From the NCBI RefSeq assembly GCF_037042905.1, contig NC_087246.1, positions 5,954,001 to 6,018,000 of the forward strand: a DNA stretch of 64,000 bases, in the 5' to 3' direction. How positions within the stretch are numbered: the first letter of the stretch is position 1; the number at the start of each line of letters is the position of its first letter. This DNA comes from Lytechinus pictus. Lineage: Eukaryota. Both the position numbers and the translations under genes were made by a program. The notes under the pieces were generated by a model. That model was not told where the DNA came from. It worked only from the letters and a program-made list of their open reading frames with translations, and did no database searches. Positions 25,601-35,415 of the stretch are shown piece after piece.

Positions 25601-28600
25601 ATTTCATTCACTCTATCCATAAACTTTCAAAGTTATGATGGCAATTCAACAATTACCCCAACATGGCCTAAGTTTATTGACCTTAACTGACCTTTGACCT
25701 TGGTTTTGTGACCTGAAACTCACAGGGGATGTTCAGTGATACTTGATTACTCTTATATCCCAAGTTGTATGAACTAGATCCATAAACTGTCAGAGTTAGG
25801 ATGGTAATTCAACAAATACCCCTAACACGGCCAAAGTTCATTGACCTTTAATGACCTTTGACCATGGTCATGTGACCTGAAACTCGTACAGGATGCTCAG
25901 TGATACTTGATTACTCTTATGTCCAAGTTTTATGAACTAGATCCATAAACTTTCAGAGTTAGGATGGTAATTTAACAAATATCCCCAACACGGCCAAAGT
26001 TCATTGACCTTAAATGACCATTGACCATGGTCATGTGACCTGAAACTCGCACAGGATATTCAGTGGAACTTGATTAACCTAATGTCCAAGTTTCATGAAC
26101 TAGATCCATAAATTTTCAAAGTTATGATGGTAATTCAACAAATACCCCCAACTTGGCCAAAGTTCATTGACCCTAAATGACCTTTGACCTTGGTCACGTG
26201 ACCTGAAACTCAGGCAGGATGTTCACTAATACTTGATTAACCTTATGCCCAAGTTTCATGAACTAGGTCCATATACTTTCTAAGTTATGATGTCATTTCA
26301 AAAACTTAACCTTCGGTTAAGATTTTGAAAATAATTCTCCCAACATGGTCTAAGTTCATTGACCCTAAATGACCTTTGACCTTGGTCATGTGACCTGAAA
26401 CTCAGGCAGGATATTCAGTAATACTTGATTAAGCTTATGTCCAAGTTTCATGAACTAGGTCTATATACTTTCTAAGTTATGATGTCATTTCAAAAACTTA
26501 ACCTTAGGTTAAGATTTGATGTTGACGCCGCCGCCGCCGTCGCCGTCGGAAAAGCGGCGCCTATAGTCTCGCTCTGCTATGCAGGCGAGACAAAAACTGT
26601 GCACCAAAGGCCAGAAATCATATGCGGTCAATGGAAGACTAATTTCTTCAGCTAATTGACTCTTTGTAAACAGATAGTCACTTGCCAGTTTCCATTGCCA
26701 TTCAAGGTGAGCTTTTAGTATGTAGAATGCTGTATAATCAGTTTTAAGTCGACACAAAAACAAAAAGTTCATCAAACATGTCAATTGTTAAATAAATATG
26801 ACTCACAATAAAGGTCAGATTGTTGACCAAATTCAAAGAAGAGGGTTGTGTTTGGATCAGAATATCAAACAAAAGAAAGATTCTTGTATACACTGTGACC
26901 AATAGACCATTGTGTCAGTTGTGTGATAAACCTTGAAATTGCTAAGTACAGTTTTTTTTTTGTGTCAAAAGTGTCAAAAGACATTGCTGCCACAGTATGA
27001 CAAAAACTACAGATGGACAATGAATATAATGTGCACAATGATTGAGTTTTAGGGGATGATCTATTCATATTGATCATACATCATATTTTATCCACAGCCA
27101 GTATCAAAGAAAATATCTTTTAAAAAAACCCCAGCTACTTTAGAAATTCAGTGATTATTATTATCATTATTGTTTGTTTGGCGTCACCTGTGCCTGGGAA
27201 GCGAAAAGTGAACTAAATCACTATGACCCGCAGGTCTCTCCTCCCGATATAACTGATTGGGGTGAGTGCAGGTGGACCACTATACCGGGGTTTCCCCCTA
27301 TTCTTATACGAATAGTGCGGTGGGTTCTTAATGTGCAAAGGTGGTGACTCTCCTCTACATGGGCCTCCATTTAACGTCCTATCCGAGGGACAGAGTGTTT
27401 TCCATTTTAACATAGCCTGCATCTATGAAACATGGGAGAGACGTTTACACACAACGCACTGGCTTCGGTCATCCGCCCGTGGTGGACTCGAACCCACGAT
27501 CTTTGGTTCGACGGCAGGCGCATTACCGACTGAGCCAACAATGCTCTCTAAATGATAAAGTTGCAAGATCAAGCTCTTTATAATGGTCATCAATAGCTTC
27601 CAATTTATCTTAATATTAAAAAAATCATCCAAAAATAAATAAAAAAATATAAAAAATCTGAAAGGTGTAAAATTAGGATTTTCTAGTACAATCTCAATCT
27701 ATAAAAAAAAACTTGAGTACATGAGAAGATGATGAAAATGGACACATACAGTACAGTATGTATACACATGTACAGTATACAGTATGTACCTTGGAACAAA
27801 TAAACACGTTCATCATTCACCATTCTTTGTAAATTAATTGAGCTTAGTTCATTTGGTTTCATGCTTGAGTAAAGATTTCAATTATGAATTATTTCCAACA
27901 CCAGTGCACTGTTATAAAGCAAGAATGTCCTCTTTCACTGTCTCCATTTATATCGATCAAACTCAAGTGGGTGGTAGTGAGTCAATGGCTAATTAATTTA
28001 ATAGGTTAGCACTTTAGCTAATTAATATTTTAAGGACTACTTCCCTTTAGCTATGAATACTGTTTCCATTTAATGACATGGAGGCAAAATTAAAACCTCA
28101 CTTTTTATGCGATATACCAACTTCCATCAACAGACAAGTACCCATACTGATGATAAAAAAACCTACCAATTGTATAATTTACTCACATCTGATGACTTAT
28201 TGCAATTATATAGGTAAATAGAGTAATTAACAGGAAGTTAAAGGTTGTATCCTGAAATTTCATCCCATTCCCTGCCTGAGAAAGGCTGGGTTATTAGTTT
28301 CACCCTAGTTTCACACGTACACAAAAGGGAGTTAGTACATGTATGTTGATCATCCAATTTTTCTATTTCAACATAAATTTATGTATTTATTTTGAATTCT
28401 ACAAATTAATATTTGACTTAGCTTTCCTCTTTCACAAGACATCTGCATAACAATACAGGCCCTTCTCCATTTCATCTGTCAATGAAGAATATTTTATCTT
28501 CAGATCAACAAGAAGTCAATAAATGCTTTGAGAAAGATATATATGTTCCTGAAGGACTATGCAGGCTCAACAAAAAGTATGTAATAAAATGATTCTACAA

Positions 28601-30562
28601 GCAGATCCTAATGATATGATTGGTTGTGTGCACTACGTAAATGACCGGTCATTCATTTGGCCTAAATAAAAACAAATGAATTTAATTGAATATATATGTA
28701 GATTTACTATGTCCAGTGATAAGCAATCATGAGAAAAGGACGGTCATAGGAAAATCAGAAAATGTTGAAAACTCCTCTGAAACAGCGGATTTAGCAGTCT
28801 AAGATTTGAGAAGATGATTTATTTTAAAAAAAAACATCCATTGCTCCTAACCAGCTACACAAATGATTTCAGTGACTTTATAAGGCTGTATGATATGTGC
28901 TTTTGGGAGGTTTGGGTTTAAACGACTTCCTTTTTAAGACGGGAAGACACACAACTGGAAAGTGTGATTTCTGTAATGAAAGAGAAACGATATACCACTT
29001 CTTATATGTTTGCCCTAGATTTATTATTCAACAAGCACTATTACTTGCTGAATTAAATGTTAACAATATCTCTGATGCGAAACGTAAAATGGAGAATCTC
29101 GCAGTAAAGACACAAAGTGCACTTATCAAATATTTCAAAAGGACTCATAGATTTCAAATTGGTTGCCAGGATGGCAACCATTACAACAGGGTGTAGTCAA
29201 GACTTCGTGACCATAATACTTTTCTGAGCAAGGTGTATATAATTATTCATTTTGGGGGGTAATTGTTTATGATGTAATCGATGATGTTTTCACCTAAATA
29301 GTCTATGTGTGCACCTTTCTTGTCACTTTCACTTTATCATATAATAATAATAATAATAATAATATCAGCATATTTACCCAGGGTAGCCACTTCAGTTCCG
29401 AAAACTGTTCTCCCAGCGGGCCCTGCTATTATTATTACCCCAGCTTCAGCACCGCTACCTTGATCGGGCGCTCGAGCATTCGAGGAATTTCTTCCTACCG
29501 GGTACCCATTCACCTCACCTCATATGGCCCTTGAATGTCAGTATTTACTCTACTATAAATAGTTTTTTTTTTTATGTTGATATTGATCTGATTTGACATA
29601 AATTTCACTTGCGGAAATTCAATTGAAGTTCTACGAGGTATCGGATAGAGAGCCCCCTGCTCACGTTTGAGAGACATAGGGAATACAATTTTTTTGTATT
29701 CCTGAGATGCCATCGAAATGCACCTCGAGCGGGCTTGTCAGGATAACGTGCTGTACAGGGCAGGAGAGGTGGTCTTGCACGATTTCCTAGGAACTTTTCT
29801 TTCCTCTCTTTCCTTTATTTTTCTAACTGATATAGATTCAACAAAGAAATTATTGTTTTTGGAAAAAAAAAAGGAAAGCTATTTTACAAGGCAACAATAG
29901 TCAAAACTGACTAGTTTGCCTATTCAAAATAACAACAACAACAGCTCATAAACACTGGCATACAGATGGGGGGGGGGGGCTGGGGGCACGTACATGTACA
30001 TACATGTGTACCAAAAAAAATATTCAGGACCAAAAAAAGAAAAAAAAAGGAAAAGGGAACAGGTGAAATAAGATCCTTTTTTTCTGAATATTATATTAAA
30101 ATCAATCATAAGTACATTTTTGAAACTTTGTATTAAGTCTTAAGTATTTTTTCATTTTTTTTAAATTTTGTCCATTACGCCGTCTGGTCCTCTCAAAATG
30201 TTTCACTCACTATGCCACTGCTCATGAACATGTATAGCACCGGTATCACATTTAAAACAATTGCATGAAATAGGAAACAACGCTCATTTTTAAAGCCCAA
30301 CAACGTCCCGGCATATTAATTTGAAAATCCATTCAACCTTACAATACATCCCACTCATTCGTTCAGCATCATCGTTCAGTAAAGAACTGAAGGCATGCAA
30401 CATCAATAAGTCGGACTGCACAACGACAACGTATCGACTATCGTACGTATCGTAGATTCGTACCTTTAATTCTGTCTTTGGAGCAGATCCATTTTTATCA
30501 CTATCAAGAGCGTCAAAAGCATGCCACAACCACCTCGGTATGCACTCCTCTCTCCGTGCCAT
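1561..30562 (-). CDS. SWAP70: SWAP70/DEF6-family protein (N-terminal EF-hand, PH domain, long E/R/K-rich helical C-terminus); 14 coding exons, 774 aa
   Basis: Hand-built model: complement join 30464-30562, 23501-23812, 22517-22732, 16503-16649, 13772-13901, 10509-10687, 9358-9495, 8800-8937, 8266-8403, 5239-5376, 4371-4537, 3642-3861, 2332-2529, 1561-1665 = 2325 nt. All introns are GT-AG and the frame is continuous to TGA. The N-terminus WHAFDALDSDKNG..ELK|VL, the PH motif KKGHKVASWKERWFVL and EEERQAKRDEEIVRALQAR match recalled SWAP70/DEF6 sequence. Confidence 0.9.
2190..2268. repeat. (GAT)n imperfect microsatellite
   Basis: Directly visible. Confidence 0.8.
2332..2529 (-). CDS. SWAP70: SWAP70-like exon 13
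   Basis: AAMDKLTQAEE...PVGLARLIQPKAKPLTTHRGVGAFTAAQFE...FVKG; acceptor tctag, donor GTAAGT. Confidence 0.87.
2760..3432 (+). mobile_element. LINE (CR1/L2-group) 3' fragment
   Basis: RT C-terminal motif SFKSTGPRIWNSLP...F(*)NKLKSSL, followed by a 3'UTR ending in AATAAA and a (TGAAT)n tail. Confidence 0.7.
3642..3861 (-). CDS. SWAP70: SWAP70-like exon 12
   Basis: ILSEETEKREELERLKEEQ...AADEKLK; acceptor tccag, donor GTAAGA. Confidence 0.88.
4067..4320. repeat. (CAT/CAC)n microsatellite
   Basis: Directly visible. Confidence 0.92.
4371..4537 (-). CDS. SWAP70: SWAP70-like exon 11
   Basis: AYEDATKRAE...LLEEERQAKRDEEIVRALQA(R); acceptor tacag, donor GTAGGA; ends phase 2. Confidence 0.88.
5239..5376 (-). 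CDS. SWAP70: SWAP70-like exon 10 (138-nt repeat exon 4, most diverged)
   Basis: ARVEAERRAEEEAKKLIERQKEEEERRKVEEEERERQARELEELKK; acceptor tgcag, donor GTAAGA; phase 0-0. Confidence 0.87.
5637..5900 (+). mobile_element. tRNA-derived SINE, Meta-domain-like body
   Basis: A box TGGCTCAGTTGG, deleted B box; body CAGACTAAAAGACATTAAAAGATGGGAGTTGTTGCTACCCTG resembles the recalled MetaSINE core. Confidence 0.65.
6076..7339 (-). mobile_element. Helentron-associated non-autonomous element (HINE/DINE-1-like), copy 1, with 163-bp internal repeats
   Basis: Subterminal inverted repeats GTCTCGCCTGCAT / ATGCAGGCGAGAC, an adjacent partial inverted repeat and (GCC)n microsatellite, A/T-run flanks; GAACTAG recurs at 6881, 7044, 7207; paralogous to 25415-26596. 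Confidence 0.75.
6311..6875 (+). mobile_element. L2/CR1-group LINE reverse-transcriptase C-terminal fragment nested in the HINE
   Basis: LDYCNAIF..LQRVQNSAARLV..HITPILRSLHWLPIHHRISFK; frameshift near 6645, then YGDRAFSSIAPSLWNKLP..LKTYLF*. Confidence 0.88.
8266..8403 (-). CDS. SWAP70: SWAP70-like exon 9 (138-nt repeat exon 3)
   Basis: ARDEAARKAEEELALRMAKEEEERENRKREEEHREKTQQEIDALKA; AAG acceptor, donor GTAAGT; phase 0-0. Confidence 0.85.
8800..8937 (-). CDS. SWAP70: SWAP70-like exon 8 (138-nt repeat exon 2)
   Basis: ARDVAARKAEEELAMRMQRELEEAKNRVREMADKARTQEEIEQLRI; acceptor ttcag, donor GTAAGT; phase 0-0. Confidence 0.87.
9358..9495 (-). CDS. SWAP70: SWAP70-like exon 7 (138-nt repeat exon 1)
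   Basis: LRDEAAQKAEDELALRMAKEREEEENRRRELEERAKTQAEIDALKA; acceptor aacag, donor GTGAGT; phase 0-0. Confidence 0.87.
10509..10687 (-). CDS. SWAP70: SWAP70-like exon 6
   Basis: (A)IENVLKRMECGQSPH...LAEMER; acceptor gttag, donor GTAAAT. Confidence 0.87.
10817..11501. mobile_element. piggyBac-like MITE, 5'-truncated copy
   Basis: Highly similar to 11607-12324; ends CCTAGATAGGG|TTAA. Confidence 0.7.
11603..12328. mobile_element. piggyBac-like MITE, near full-length
   Basis: ttga|CCTTATATAGGCC ... GGCCTAGATAGGG|ttaa: degenerate CCC..GGG TIRs with TTAA target. Confidence 0.7.
12622..13230. mobile_element. Kolobok-like MITE (subfamily A), long TIRs, TTAA TSD
   Basis: TTAA|AGGTCAAGTCCACCCCAGAAAATTG ... 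CAATTTTCTGGGGTGGACTTGTCCT|TTAA; inverted arms longer than 100 bp. Confidence 0.8.
13772..13901 (-). CDS. SWAP70: SWAP70-like exon 5 (PH domain, second half)
   Basis: VLPELKGNKNLF...YELNASDPRNRQEWVT, containing the conserved PH Trp; acceptor tctag, donor GTAAGT; ends phase 1. Confidence 0.9.
15001..16348. mobile_element. TIR element carrying an expanded minisatellite
   Basis: Imperfect TIRs ATGGAGCCCCTGAGGTGGCAT and ATGTCATCTTCGGGGCTCTGT enclose the array and inverted degenerate units. Confidence 0.5.
15475..16160. repeat. 20-bp minisatellite (ACTCATTCCCTCAACGTATA) x about 34
   Basis: Directly visible near-perfect tandem array with a few substitutions. Confidence 0.97.
16503..16649 (-). CDS. 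SWAP70: SWAP70-like exon 4 (PH domain, first half)
   Basis: GTLKKKGHKVASWKERWFVLKPGCIAYYVDKTLKDQKGEIPITKNWKVE; acceptor tacag, donor GTAACT; too short for the ORF track. Confidence 0.9.
16987..17417. mobile_element. Old MITE with about 40-bp imperfect TIRs, nested in a decayed piggyBac-like copy (about 16770-17675)
   Basis: TGTGACC.GCAG.CCCTA..AATAAGTTGCC and its inverse; flanks resemble the left and right parts of 11607-12324. Confidence 0.5.
17711..18064. mobile_element. MITE with 15-bp perfect TIR and TA/TATA target
   Basis: tata|CCCCTTTCATAAACC ... GGTTTATGAAAGGGG|tata. Confidence 0.8.
18667..18945. mobile_element. hAT-type MITE with 8-bp TSD
   Basis: TSD CATTGTAG at 18659-18666 and 18946-18953; TIR CAGGAGCGGATCCAGG / CCTGGATCCGTCGGTG; internal poly-G/C. 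Confidence 0.85.
19414..20015. mobile_element. Kolobok-like MITE (subfamily B)
   Basis: TTAA|AGGGGTACTCCGGGCTGAA ... TTCAGCCTGGAGCATCCCT|TTAA. Confidence 0.78.
20499..20880 (-). mobile_element. Poly-G-terminated MITE, truncated inverted copy of 20985-21470
   Basis: Reverse complement aligns by eye with 20985-21470. Confidence 0.65.
20985..21470 (+). mobile_element. Poly-G-terminated MITE (TIR G(n)CACTC ... GAGTGC(n))
   Basis: Termini CGGGGGGGGGGGGGCACTC and GAGTGCCCCCCCCCCCCAGG. Confidence 0.7.
22517..22732 (-). CDS. SWAP70: SWAP70-like exon 3
   Basis: Acceptor catag, EAAIMFEKLVVAMG...EEVEKM, donor GTGAGT; 216 nt. Confidence 0.88.
23501..23812 (-). CDS. SWAP70: SWAP70-like exon 2
   Basis: Acceptor atcag, VLTAHIGNSLG...VYKLWRIFNFFAE...LDPQ, donor GTAATC; 312 nt. 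Confidence 0.88.
24397..24886. mobile_element. Kolobok-like MITE (subfamily B), right arm partly deleted
   Basis: TTAA|AGGGGTACTCCCGGC ... GGCCCAGAATACCCCT|TTAA. Confidence 0.72.
25415..26596 (-). mobile_element. Helentron-associated non-autonomous element (HINE), copy 2, about six 163-bp internal repeats
   Basis: Same termini as 6076-7339; GAACTAG recurs at 25771, 25934, 26097, 26260 (163-bp period) and at 26452. Confidence 0.78.
27152..27548 (-). mobile_element. Full-length tRNA-derived SINE with Deu/Nin-like domain
   Basis: A box TGGCTCAGTCGG, B box GGTTCGAGTCC; body GTCCCTCGGATAGGACGTTAAA..CATTAAGAACCCA..GCACTATTCG resembles the recalled Deu/Nin core; (AAT)n tail. Confidence 0.75.
28880..29160 (+). 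mobile_element. Non-LTR retrotransposon C-terminal zinc-knuckle fragment (I/Nimb/R1-like)
   Basis: GLNDFLFK...CDFCNERETIYHFLYVCPRF matches CxxC..ETxxHxLxxC. Confidence 0.75.
29341..29520 (-). mobile_element. 5'-truncated CORE-type SINE
   Basis: Minus strand AGGTGAGGTGAATGGGTACC (CORE-like) ... GTGGCTACCCTGGGTAAAT plus (ATT)n tail. Confidence 0.55.
30464..30562 (-). CDS. SWAP70: SWAP70-like exon 1 (start codon, EF-hand)
   Basis: MARREECIPRWLWHAFDALDSDKNGSAPKTELK, then donor GTACGA; phase 0. Confidence 0.9.
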
Positions 30563-30599
30563 TTGTAGTTGGTCAAATTCAACAAAACTATTGCTGTAA

Positions 30600-30845
30600 T
30601 CGTTCTAGACGGCAAATGCAAGTAACTTTATAGTAGTAAAGTAGTGAAGACGACTCCAGAACTCGAGCTCGGCACACGGTACGGTACGGTCGATGGTCGC
30701 CTAGCTAGCCTAGCTGCGGCGCAAGCCTTACGCGAAGGGCAAGGTATATGTGAAGCTAAGCTGCTTCGACGTATTTTCGGAAGTCCGGTTCCTCATATAT
30801 TGCGCTGCACGATTTAGCGTTCCCCTACTTCCGGGTTTCTGGGCA
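30600..30845 (-). promoter_or_regulatory. CpG-rich promoter/5'UTR of the SWAP70-like gene with ETS/GABP-like sites
   Basis: Local CpG enrichment against a CpG-poor background just upstream of the ATG; CGGAAGT at about 30778 and ACTTCCGG at about 30827. Confidence 0.55.
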
Positions 30846-31749
30846 AAGAAAACTTTTTTAATGAATATGCAATAAAGACTGTACCATTATTTTTTAAGGG
30901 GATTGAAAGAATTTCAAAATATACGTGTGTTTTTTACGGTTTTTTTTTAATAAAGACGAGAATCATATATTATTCTTCCCAAGTTTATTAAAAAAAGTAC
31001 GTTTTACTTGTCATAAAAAATGGAAAAAACAATTTTTTCGTAAAAATAAACGTTGGAATACGTGTTGTACACAACCCCACACAACCTAAAATATGCTAAA
31101 ATTGTTTTAGTCGTAAACATTTGAGGCGGGGCGAGGGTCCAAAGTTTGTGTTTTTGTTTTCTCGTACCCATATGACCTTGTAAATATTGACGTCATTTGA
31201 TCTTAAACGCAGAAATAGCCTCGATATGGAGGTAACAAACAATACATTTACGAACGAAAAACATGAGGACAAATCCAGAGATTCAACTCCCTGATAAATA
31301 AATGTAACTGAATGTATGATGTGTCAGTTTAAACTAGCGTACCGATCGGGGACCTTGCAGCCACGGCCACCAAATACTTCCATGACCTGTCGGAAGAAAA
31401 AGTTAGAAAAGGGAAGAATTAAAAGGGTGAAATATAATAACGATTTTTTTGTTTTGTTTACTGTTGTGTTATAATCTATCACAAAATTAGATTTTGTATT
31501 AAAAAGGATGTTAAATAATAGGCTAGCTTGTTTAGCTAACTCGTACCGTTCAGAAATTTTTCTCCATACACTGTGCCTGGCCTTCAAAGATCCGATTTTT
31601 GCATGACGAGGGAGTATTTATGCATAGGGGTCATATATGTTTGGAATCCCAAACTAAAAACTGAAAATTAAATGTAATATTCCTTTACATATTTTCACTA
31701 AACCTACATCGTCAAAAATCAAAAGTAAAAAAATATATATTATTGAGAA

Positions 31750-32010
31750 GTTATGATTGATATGATTGATTTGATTAATAAGATTGAAATGGTTGATTTT
31801 ATGATTAATATGATTGATGATAAATTATGATTGATATAATGTTATGATTAATAATATGATTGATATGATAGGATTGATACAATTATGATTGATAATAGAT
31901 GTAATCCACCCCCTCCTCCTCTTCCTTCTTCTTCTTATGATAATGATGATGGTGATGATGATGATGATGATGATGATGACGATGATGATGATGATGAAGA
32001 TGATGATGAG
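31750..32010. repeat. (ATGATTG)-like simple repeat followed by (GAT)n
   Basis: Directly visible. Confidence 0.85.
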
Positions 32011-34813
32011 GAGGGGGAGAATAATTCTGAATCTAAATTAGTCATGATGGCACTAAACTGTTCATCGAATCATAATAGGAGTACGCCACCTTTGGCAGCT
32101 TGCGTGAATATCATTATTATTCCCTAGACTAATGCTCTCACGATTTTATATTCAAGTTTTTAGGTATTTTCTTCACAAAATATGACTGTGTTTTATGTTT
32201 TAAAACTTGATATAACAATTTGTAAAGCATAAAAAGGTCCTCACTTGTGTTTGAACGACATATTCCCATTAAAATATATTGACTATACTTGTGTAAGAAA
32301 CGGCACATTTTTTATTATGGCTCTCAAAGGGGGGGCACGGGCCGGATGTGCCCCCCCCCCCTGGATCCGCCACTGTTTTACACATACCGAAACTATGATG
32401 ATGTCGTCCCAAATACTGTTATATTACAGAGTTGCGAACCATCAATATCGCAAAAAAAATAAATAAATAAAATTTACAAAGACAGATCAAGATGGGTGGG
32501 ACAAAGTCACTGAATGGAAATAATAAATTCAGCTCGCGCTTTGTGCTCACATTGCCTATTTAAACGGAGAATACGAGTCCATCTAAAATTTTATGAAGGA
32601 AAGAGAGGGAGAGAAAACTGGGGAAAGGGAAGTTTGAAACAGATGATAGTCTATGTCCTTGAGTTTAGGTCTGAAATGAGGGGTCCTTTTTTGAAAACAG
32701 GTTATAGTGAAATTTAAAAGAAAATCTTCAATTTGGACACAAACGATCAGAATATACAATAAAGAAGAATTAAAAAAAATGTCCGGATGTGAAAGGACAC
32801 ACCTTCGGCAGGAGCGGACCAAAAACAAGAGAAGAGAGAAGGAAAAGGAAGTGGAAGGGAATAGGACAATAATTTGAGGTGGGGGGGGGGGGGGGTAATG
32901 CGCTCGCATATACCCGTTTAACGAGATACGTATTCCATTCAAGAGGATAACAGCGACACATAAAATATTCTTTTTAAATTAAAGAAATAGTAGTTCAGTT
33001 TGCACTTCGCACTGTTCGTTTTGTATATAAGATACGTATTCTGTTCATGATTACAAAAAAGTTCTCAAAATGTCAATTTTCACTCATAAATATAATATTA
33101 ATCCAGCTCGCACGTTGTGTTCACATTATATGTTTTTAAATACAAGTCTTATCTACTTCATGAATCCAAACGGTGCTTGATAAGTCCCCTTTTCAGGTCA
33201 TTATCACAGCTCGCGCTTCGCGTTCGTATAAATTATATATAATATTGTTTGCTCTTTCGCTTCGCTCGTTGGCAAAAAAAAAAAAAAGTGTGAGAATCTG
33301 TGCAAGTGGATTAGGGTATGTATACGTGTATACTAGCGCATCACACCCCCCCCCCACTATAACACTTTCCTAACGCGTTATGCCAGCCAAGCTGGCATAA
33401 TATTTTATTTTATCCCATTCCCCATAAAATACTTGATCCGCCCCTGTCATGAAAAAACGGGTGCAGCTCTCTTACTTTCGCCTTTGCTAATCTACATCCA
33501 TCTACCTACCAACATGACCAAGCTTCAATTATAGTTGAGGCATATATCCATGGTTGAAGTATGGATTTCTTCCTCGAGGAAAAAAATCAAGAAGCCAATC
33601 CAAACACATACTTCAGAGCCTTGCAGGTTAAAAGGTCTTTTACTAATACCGTGCAAAAATGTGAATGGCTGCGTTCACATGTGAATGACATTTGAAAAAG
33701 TCTTTGCTTAGTTGTATATCGGTAGAGGAATTAGTTACCACCTCCCAAATGAAATATTATGTCAATCGGAATATGATGGCGATTGTTCTTATTTTGTATT
33801 GTATTTGCTTTGCTTTAATTTCATCTCTATCTAGATACTGTCTCCGCAGAATGCATGTTTGAAAGGGGAACTGAGCCATATGGACTTAACCATGAAAAAA
33901 AAATCACTATAAGATGTTGATTTTTTTGTTAACGAAAAGTGGGGGGTAAAGCCACCTTTATTCCGCAGTCCCTGCTTAATTCAGTTATACATCCACATCA
34001 TGCATCTGAAGAGTTTCTTTCTAAGAACAAACTTTTAGTGCATTGTGAGAATACCCATAACAAAATATATTTAAAAAAATAACATTAATGGTGTTAAACT
34101 GTGTTTATCATAACGTTTGAGTTCAGAATATTGACATTTCATTTACACACATGTTTTTTTACTAGCGATAGCAACTTACATTGATAGGGCAACAAGATAA
34201 CCCCTTATTGGATTGATAACTGTTCGAATAAAAATTAGAGGTTTCAACGTCCTTCATCATTTTATTTTCCAAATCCTTAAATCTCTTGCTTAGTACATTC
34301 TCTTATTGATTCTTACTTCCCTTTTCAGGAATTGTAAAATCAGAGGAAATTGGCCTCCCTATACATAATAATATTGAACCTGCATGATTTTAACAGTTTA
34401 AACTTCGTTATGTAATGCGATTACGTTTCGAGAAATAAAAATTAAAATAATAACCGAATAAATCAAATGCAATATAACGAACCCTCTGTAAACAACGAAT
34501 ATCATTTTATAATCCAATAAAGTATGGCTGGTAATTGTTGTTGAGTTCGTCTCAAGTACACCGAAGTAAATGATTATTATGCCGGTGTTTGAACGCAAAG
34601 AAGAAAAACCAGTGGGTGTTCTTGAATTAACGTCATGAACTTCGTTCAAACTATAGCCACTGTGCTCATGTCATCTTTTATTTTCGTCAGTGAGATCCAT
34701 AGTTCGTTAATTTGTCACTAAAATTCCCATCTCTCTTGTTTTACCCATAACCATTTTACTGAAATCTGAAGGAATGCGGGTCTGCAAATAAGACAATTCA
34801 ACGATGCTTTTAA

Positions 34814-35415
34814 AGGCCAAGTCCACCCCAGAAAATATTTGATTTGAATCGATAGAGAAAAATCAAACAAACAACGCTGCAAATTTCATCGAAATCGGAT
34901 GTAAAATAAGAAAGTTGTGACATTTTTAAGTTTCGCTTATTTTTCACAAAACAGTTCAATACACAACTCAGCGATATGCAAATGAGAAAGTCGATGATGT
35001 CCATCACTCACTATTTCTTTTGTTTTTTATTGTTTGAATAATACAATATTTCAATTTTTACAGATTTGACAATAAGGACCAACTTAACTTAACCATAAAC
35101 TGTTAAAATAATGGTAATTCCACATGTTCAGTGAAAAATAAAACTTTGTTTCACTTGACAAGGAGGAGAAAATTAGAATATTTCATATTTCATATAATAA
35201 AATACGAAAGAAATAGTGAGTGTGTGACGTCATCAGTCTGCCAATTTGCATACCAGCCAGGATGTGCATATAACTGTTTTGTGAAATTCAGCGAAACTTA
35301 AAAATGTCATAACTTTCTTATTTTACATCCGATTTTGATGAAATTTTCAGTGTTTTGCTTGTTAGATTTTTCTCCTCTTTTTCAAATCAACTTTTTGTTG
35401 GGGTGGACTTGTCCT
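34814..35415. mobile_element. Kolobok-like MITE (subfamily A), paralog of 12622-13230
   Basis: TTAA|AGGCCAAGTCCACCCC ... GGGGTGGACTTGTCCT|TTAA. Confidence 0.8.

Noticed and set aside
26509..26784. 91-aa minus-strand ORF as an extra SWAP70 exon
   Set aside because: Runs into the HINE terminus, and exon 1-2 joining already gives the family-typical LK|VL junction
27470..27548. tRNA gene
   Set aside because: A and B boxes are present, but there is no proper acceptor stem or terminator and it continues into a SINE body and tail
33378..33400. 10-bp perfect stem TTATGCCAGC-CAA-GCTGGCATAA as a terminator or Helitron end
   Set aside because: Too short to interpret, with no CTRR end or associated element recognised
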